Positions 58,901 to 64,000 of a DNA stretch of 64,000 nucleotides are shown piece by piece. A program made the position numbers and the translations under genes. The DNA comes from Trichinella spiralis (lineage: Eukaryota), in contig NW_003526943.1 of assembly GCF_000181795.1 (NCBI RefSeq), positions 1,421,647 through 1,485,646 on the forward strand. Reading direction: 5' to 3'. The notes below the pieces were generated by a model. That model saw nothing but the letters and a program-made list of their open reading frames with translations, did not search any database and was not told the DNA's origin. The stretch's first letter is position 1, and every line of letters starts with the position of its first letter.

Positions 58901-61900
58901 AGGTTGCAATTTTGCATTGCTAGAAACGTCTACATAACCCTCAGGACAAACACAAATGTATCCATCTGGTTTGTCGATGCAAACTGCTTCTGGATCACAA
59001 GAGTTTGTTTCTGGTCTGGCGCACATTTTTGTAGCTAAAAGAGTAAATGTCATGTCAAGTTGCAAAAAATTCAGAAAACAAAGTACTATTCGAGCACTGT
59101 CGTCCCGGTGGAAGACCATAAGTAGAAGAGACGTCCACATATCCATGTTTGCACTGACATAAATAACTTTCAGGTGTGTCTATGCATTCAGCAAATGGTG
59201 AGCATTTGTTCATCCATGGTATGGCACATTCATTAATAACTAATTTAAAAAGCCATGTTAGATATGTTCCGTAAAATGTATTTATTAAATTTATTTACGT
59301 TGAGAACATTTTCTTCCAGGTTTTTTTACAGGATCCGGTGAGACATCTCGAAAGCCAGAGTTGCACTGACAGGTATACCCGTTGACTAGATTTATGCAGT
59401 CAGCGTTTGGATCACAGTCTACTTTTTCAGTTTGGCAATTTTTTGCAGCTAAAGCATACAAAAGAATTAAAATAAAAGATTTTATGAAAATTTAAGACAA
59501 AGTTTAAGTGTTTTCATATATAAAATAGCACGTTTTCTGAATTTCAAAAAATAAATGGAAATAAATTCAACACTTAAAATAAACAATTCTTTTGTTGTTA
59601 TTTCACTCGTTCGAAAAATATTGCTTTTTATTTGTGCTTATTTAATACAAAGCACAGCTATAAAAAGTTATACCATAAAAACTTCTTGCAAGAAATGATG
59701 CATTGTAAAATGAGGTTAAATCAGTGAAAAATGAACAGCTGTTACATTTTAAATTTTGTTCAAATATTCAGAAAAAGCATTCTTTATTTAAAAAGTCAAA
59801 TGTATTCATTGTAGGTCACGTATTGTTTGTTAAATTTTGGTATTTAACTAAGCCATAAAAAATTTCTTGTAAATAAAAAATTATATGTATTACAAGTAAA
59901 AAATATTTATAGTAAAAGCATAATATAAGCATAATAATATTACTTGCGCATTGACCATTTTCTAATCTTGCCGCATTATTAGGACATGTGCATCGATACA
60001 ATCCTCCAGAAAATTCACAGATTTCTTTATTTGGACATGATTTAGAATCTCTAGGATCACACTGACGTTCTGAGGCAGATGTTTCAGTTGGCAAACGGCA
60101 TTCTCGTCCAGGGTAACAACCGACATTCATTGATACATCAATGTAACCTGGCTTGCAGCGACACGTATAGCCTTCTTTCGTATCGATGCAAGTTGCGTTT
60201 GGTGAGCAATCATTCATAGAAGGATTAGCACATTCATTTACTTCTGAAAGCATAGCATGAGAAATTAAATTGAAATTAAAACAATATGAAATGCTATCAC
60301 TATTTTGGATGATAGCCAAATCTTGTTTATTATTGTTGTTCAGTTGCAAAACGCTCATACTGTCATACCTTTTGAACAACGTCTACCAGGCTTCAGATTC
60401 ACCAGTTCAGACGTGTCCACGTATCCAGGATTGCAAACACAAGTGAATCCATGAGGAGTATTTTGACAAGTAGCATGCTTGTCACAGTCAATGTTATAAT
60501 GTGCTGGATGGCTGCACTGATCTTCCACTGAACAATATACAGAATAATTTACAGACGTAACATGTAAATAACAATACTTGTGTTATAACTAAATGAACGT
60601 GCTAAATTTATACTCTCAAATCAAAGATTAAAAAATAAGCATTTGTGGATGAAGTTTGGAATTCTTAAATTCTTAAAGCTACCATTTCACCATTCAGTTA
60701 ATGAATGCTAACAGATAAGATTATTTCTCCCCTCAAAGTAATTTACCTTGTAAGCATACTCTTCCGGGCATTCTAGACGGATCTGGAGATACGTCTGTAA
60801 AACCTGGCTTGCACTGGCAGCGATATGATTCAATCTCATCGATGCAGATTGCATTATGTGAACAGTCGTTCATGCTAGGTTCATAGCATTCATTGGCAAC
60901 TAAAATGCACAGACCATATTCAAAAGCATAAACACTTTGTTAATAGAAATGTTACAATATAAATGTATTTATTTTCTGAAGCATATAGAGGAAATCATTT
61001 TCAATGATAGCTGTTATAATGATTATTTTGCAGTGTGAAACTAATGAAAACGAACATTGAATAAAATATTGCTTTAAAAAAACATATAATATATTAAAAA
61101 GTTAGTTGTACAACTTAAATAATTCAAGAATTCCATATTTACCTTTACAACGTCCGTCCGGTAATCGAGAGAAATTAGGTGGGCATGTACATCCATAAGC
61201 TCCTTGATTGAAGGTGCAAACTTCAAACAATGAAGCGTTACATGCCAACGGGTCTTTGACATTGCATGGCACACGAAATTCTGGTCGAACAACACCAGGA
61301 ATAGGCCCAAAAAATTTTTCAAAAGGGTTGCTTGCTTGACTATTCCAATTCTGGCATACATGAGAAAGTGGTGAAGGTGAAGTTGTAGTGTAATATGCTG
61401 AGCAGTTTTGTGCACTCCAACCATGACTGTTGTGTTGGGTGGCAGGAGACCAAGCTGAATTATCACGATACTGAGCAGAGACTAGAATAAAAAAATAATT
61501 ACAGTATAACAAGCTTAAAATTTATTTAAGTAATTTTGAATCACACAGGCTTAAAAATTAATATGAACAAATGCAGGAAATGGAGATTCAATTATAAGTA
61601 AATTTAAGAAAATATATTACATTCATGTAGCTGATACATATTTGCAATAAGTAAAGTGTGCATTTATGATAAAAATAGTATTCCATTTTTATTTCATTTT
61701 TAGTTCATTCTATCATTGCACCTTTTATTGATTAATATGACATTTGTAAATCTCGTGTTAATCTATAACTTTCATTATCTTTTGTTGTTAATTTTATTAT
61801 TTTGCTTCTAACAGAACAACAAATTGTAAATAAAAACTTTTTAACCTTGAAAATGAACTGGCACCAATACGTTAGCAGTGAAAATATTTTTTATCTTCTT

Positions 61901-63549
61901 GTGTTATGATACTGTCATAACTGTCAACTCAAATTTGAATAATTTTGAGAGCACAAGCAATTTTCAAACTGGAATTTTATTTCATCGTTTTAAAAAAAGC
62001 TCAGATAAAATAAATCGCCATTGTTCGATAATATCAACCGCGACCTTTACAACCCGGTCAAAAGGTATTTTAGTGCCTAAATTTTAGTGCATACGCCTGT
62101 TTGCCACAGTTTTCATTTTAGAGATGTTTAGCAATAAAGTCACAGGTTTAATTGAAATGTTGAACTGTTTGTTGTCCATTATATAAAATAAAACATTCTT
62201 GATAAAAAAAAACACAGCAACCTATCCAGATCTGTTCAACTGATCAAAATTACTTACTTGTAAACATATATTAAATGCTTCTTCTTACGCACAAGCACAT
62301 TTATGATACATATAATGAATCATATTGTTTGTTTTATAAAAATATCTAAAGTCAATTAAAGTTTGGGATATCTCAGAATAAGGCAGAGTATTTATAATGT
62401 TCAAAACTTATTAAAGTTTGAAATGTTTGTTATATTTGACAAACACCAAACAGATTTAATTTTTAAAAGAAATTACATATACTGTAAAAAAATGCAAAAG
62501 AAACTGCTTAAATGTTAATTTCATTACAATTGACTTTATTTTGCAGTTTTTGTTCAATAAAAGTCCTATACTTAATACCATCGTTAATATGCGTATTGAA
62601 ATTTTAGTAAGAAATCAGAGTTATAAGAATAGTTACAAAGTTCATCCAAGTGTTACAAACAGCGTTCTCCTCAAATTCCTACAATTGATTATTTATTATT
62701 TCCTTCCCTTTCTTCGTCGATGTATCCCAAGTGATGCTGTTCACACTTGTGAAGGACAACTTTACAATGGAAATTACCACCATTGAAAGAATGCAGCATC
62801 GTAAAAGCATTGAAAATTTTTACCAATACACACGTATATGTATATATGCATGTATGTATATATAAAGTGCACTTGTAATTTATGTTTCTACTATGTTGTT
62901 GCATCATTTCAGTTAGAACATCAGAAATTTTATTTTCATTTGTCAAGTTTACTCTCTGCTTGCGCTGAGCACAAATGGGGCGTGGAAATCAGACAAATCT
63001 ATTCTTTTCTAATTGATGCCGTCAGAAGTGTATAACACTATGGAATAGCTGAAATAAAGATGCGTCCTGTGCAGGTTTTTGACCAGCAAAGATCACACTG
63101 ACCAGTTCTACATTTTCACGCGGACCTTGAACGTATTCTGCCACGTTCTACCGACCAAAAACAGTGAAGAATGCACATGCATGCACATGCGCAGGCAGAA
63201 ATGTATCGTATAATTATATCTTCAGCTGGTAGGTCAAGCTGACCATTCATTTACTATTCTAATATGCTGACCTCAGAAAATTAAAAACCATATGCTCTAT
63301 TGTACTTGCTAATTGTTGAACACATGATACGAGTTGCATTGTAATGACGAAATTGAATCGTAAATGCAATGTAATATGCATTTATAATAAATAATATGGA
63401 TTTTATTTGAGCAAGTGGATTATTAATAATTATTAGAAGATGTGCGAAAATAATAAAAATTGAAAAAAAATCATTTGAACGAGTAAATAAAAATGCATAC
63501 CTAAAGAGGTAAGAAGAGGCAGGATGAAGAGGCAAGTTGCCATTATCAT
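49685..63549 (-). CDS. mup-4: MUP-4/MUA-3-family transmembrane matrix receptor (signal peptide, many EGF repeats, one vWA, four SEA-like modules, TM, cytoplasmic tail)
   Basis: Exon 1 (63549-63501) plus the exon near 61482 gives signal peptide MIMATCLFILPLLTSLVSA|QYRD. EGF/cbEGF repeats ending PGRxC. vWA CPTQPTDLVFLIDGSGSIG...VITDGRAQD (about 58240-58815). TM IILVIIFAIIFFLLTLLCCLYFCL (about 50975-51050). Tail FYTDFSIPRAKL; stop TAG 49687-49685. No LDL-A repeats and an early vWA favour MUP-4 over MUA-3. Confidence 0.85.
49894..49930. repeat. (AT)n microsatellite in the last intron of the MUP-4-like gene
   Basis: Perfect AT repeat of about 37 bp. Confidence 0.9.
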
Positions 63550-64000
63550 TGTAGTTTTCGTATTTGTCGTAAGTCAGTTTGGAATGGTGAATTTGTAGCT
63601 CATTTAAGCTTGTTGTTGCCGGCAGTGGAGTGCGTGCGGTAAAAACGCAAGAGCAAGCTGGCAGAGAACGTCGAATGGAGCAGATGCGTGCAGAAGAACT
63701 GAAAAATGGCACACTCTTGCTTACGGTAATGTTGATATGGCAGTCGCGTTTAGGAACGAACGATTAAAAGTGGAACAAATAGTGAGCTGCTCCAGAAAAT
63801 GGTCCAACGAGAAATTGCCACCAGCGCCTTCAAAATGACTAATCCTCAGCCCACATGCTTACTGACTGTTTGTCAAAGAATGTTATCTTTTTATTTTTTT
63901 CGAAAAACCTTCTTTTTTACACAACATCATTATTACATAAAAACACCCTCCCCCCCCCCGCATGTATGCGTAGGAGATTATTAATTTATTTGTGAAAGAA

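Noticed and set aside
63281..63712. 143-aa minus-strand ORF as first exon of the MUP-4-like gene
   Set aside because: Wrong frame. The signal-peptide exon is 63549-63501 in another frame, which splices in phase to VSAQYRD.

Overview
AT-rich, intron-dense eukaryotic DNA with short GT-AG introns and TTT(C/T)AG acceptors. It is most consistent with a Trichinella-like clade I nematode, inferred from gene content and transposon families. Manual splicing gives about 11 protein-coding genes. In order: filamin+NHL protein (-), Beclin-1 (+), SWI/SNF subunit SMARCC/SWSN-1 (-), ankyrin+G-patch GPANK1-like (+), PP2C-gamma/PPM1G (-), core-1 beta1,3-galactosyltransferase (+), two small secreted 6-Cys paralogs (-), a single-exon orphan ORF (-), gamma-syntrophin (+), and a MUP-4-like EGF/vWA/SEA transmembrane receptor (-). 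DNA-transposon relics include two Tigger/pogo copies, a FLYWCH fragment and a KRBA2/Ginger-like integrase element with long TIRs. Highlights: (1) the tandem pair of three-exon secreted cysteine-rich proteins, barely visible in the ORF track, inside an apparent 13-kb gene desert; (2) one apparent GA and one GC splice donor within the syntrophin PDZ exons; (3) asymmetric CpG loss between the two TIRs of one element; (4) a duplicated EGF-SEA-EGF-SEA-EGF block giving four SEA modules in the MUP-4-like receptor. No tRNA, rRNA or CRISPR features were recognised. All gene models are by eye, without transcript data or database searches.
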